Positions 62,381 through 64,000 of a stretch of DNA of 64,000 bases are shown piece after piece. The notes beneath the pieces were generated by a model, which saw nothing but the letters and a program-made list of their open reading frames with translations, searched no databases and was not told the origin of the DNA. Source of the DNA: Octopus vulgaris (Eukaryota). Location of the stretch: assembly GCA_951406725.2 (NCBI GenBank), contig OX597815.1, positions 205,902,001-205,966,000 on the forward strand, in the 5' to 3' direction. Within the stretch, counting starts at the first letter, position 1; each line of letters opens with the position of its first letter. Position numbers and translations under genes: made by a program.

Positions 62381-63675
62381 GGATATTGAAATACTGGCAG
62401 TACAACTACTGTTCAATGCTCTGTGAACCCTGTGAAGGCTGTAAGACATGGCACAGACAGTTGTGATGAAGACTATGAAACCGTGGTCAGCACAAAAGGA
62501 CACAATAGGAATTCTGACTGTGTCCGCATGCTGGGTTTCACCCCCATGTCTTTGAACAGAGCTTTTGTCGCAATTCAGATGATTATGTGAAGCGGCTGGA
62601 GAATGTAGTCAGCCTGTGACTGGAGAAGGTTACTGCTGGAAGGCCATATGGGTGGCAGTAGGATTCAACTCCTTGCCATCCCTCCGGAAAATTTAGATGC
62701 TGCCATCGGCAAATTTCTATGACTTCACCAGCCCCTATTTCTGGCCTCCTAATTCCCCTGATTGTAATCCTATGCATAACTATGTATGGAGCACAGTTGA
62801 GAAACGCTCTAACCACTCTATCTGCAACACCCAGGCCAAGCTGGGGGCCAAGATCAAGGAGGTGTTCAAAGATCTCCCCAGGAGCAAATTAAGGGATGCA
62901 TGCACCAGGTTCTGGATCATCTTGAGGCTTTGGTGGTAGATGAGGACAGCTACTTATAGTAAACTGTTATTGCCCAGCCATAATCTAGTTGATATTTATT
63001 GAGGGTTAAACAATTTTGTAGTTGAGGGACATAACCCAATTTTTTTAATGGGGGTGAGATAACCCAAAAGTACCACAAACCCTACATATTGAATAGTGTA
63101 GTGCAGTACCTGGAGAAAGAAATCAGGATGGTCACAGCTGGTTTGTCTTGGATCACAGGTTTCTTCAGTCATGTCTGACTCAGGGCTAAATAGCAACGAG
63201 AGGATACAATACCTCTTTAGTTAATGGAATACTACCTTATCCATTCAACCATTTCCCTCCATTCAACCAGTTCTCTCTTCAAATTATATGTAGTATTTTG
63301 AGAGAAAGAGAGAGAGAGAGAGTATTTTCTAAAATACTTTTATTTTTGAATGGAATATTGTGTTTTCTTTTTCTTTTATGCAGACTATCAAATTTAGCCC
63401 AAACACCCTGTATATGTGTGTGGTGTTGGTTTGTCTATGTCCCTATAATTTAGTCATTCAGTTATAATTTTTATGTTGTAGTTCCTTGAGATACAGAATG
63501 TATTTCGAGGGTTTCCCCGAGAGTAAAACGGCTGAGGAATGTTTAGATAGGGATTTCCTTGTTCTCTCATAAATTGGTGTGGTTCTGTTTGAGTATTGTG
63601 TTATGTATGAGTGTTAGAGGAAGTGGGCGGGGTAAATATGTGTGTATGAATTTTTCAGTTTAAGTGGGAGGTTCT

Positions 63676-63990
63676 TGTATGTTTGTGTGTGTGTGTGTGC
63701 ATGTATGTATGTATGTATGTATGTATGTGTGTGTGTGTATGTATGTGTGTGTGTGTGTGACTGTATGCATGCATACATACATGTATGAATGCTGTGTATG
63801 CATGTATATGTATGTGTATGTATGCATGTATGTTTGTATGCATGCATGTATGTATGTTTGTATGTATGTATGTTTGTTTGTATGTATGTATGTATGCATG
63901 TATGCATGTATGCATGCATGTATGTATGTGTGTGTGTTTGTGTGCATGCACGTAATTATGCATGCATGTATGTAGGTGTGCATGTATGTA
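63676..63990. repeat. (TATG)/(CATG)/(TG) microsatellite
   Basis: Seen directly. Confidence 0.95.
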
Positions 63991-64000
63991 CACACCTCTG

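Larger units (their letters stand above)
61026..63410 (+). mobile_element. Tc1/mariner-superfamily (maT/DD37D-like) fossil with multiple nested insertions
   Basis: TIRs cagggtgtttgggtgaaatttga / tcaaatttagcccaaacaccctg|TA. Remnants AGRPYGWQ*DSTPCH and FWPPNSPDCNPMHNYVW at 62.6-62.9 kb. Confidence 0.8.

Noticed and set aside
51298-64000. Further FAM81 exons
   Set aside because: No coiled-coil-like frame with credible splice sites found by eye (the acceptor-like site at 63480 meets a stop within 15 codons in phase 0); probably beyond the window, though a short exon could have been missed.

Overview
AT-rich, repeat-saturated eukaryotic DNA; the SINE, RTE and microsatellite repertoire points to an octopus (inference). 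The only host gene I can support is a + strand FAM81-family (FAM81A-like) coiled-coil gene. It has three phase-0 coding exons (6439-6705, 47232-47480, 51055-51297; 253 codons, no stop, so it continues past the window) and a 40.5 kb intron after the first coding exon. The rest is mostly mobile-element debris, often nested: at least 4 tRNA-headed SINE types with interchangeable modules, many 5'-truncated RTE LINE 3' ends plus one internally deleted copy that links them to RTE, CR1/Tx1/R4-like fragments, non-autonomous Helitrons and Helentron-type elements, hAT, piggyBac-like and Tc1/mariner MITEs and fossils, a Sola-like fossil and a probable LTR. Nearly all ORFs in the supplied track are microsatellite or repeat artefacts. 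I cannot support a new multi-gene system. The best leads are RNA-structure and rearrangement signals: a ~55-bp intronic hairpin, a TSD-flanked 230-bp retroposon ending in a hammerhead-shaped junction, local inverted duplications, a genomic segment copied into a transposon, and a perfect RFX X-box inside a fold-back mariner. Repeat boundaries were read by eye (about +/-10 bp unless a TSD or TIR is given).
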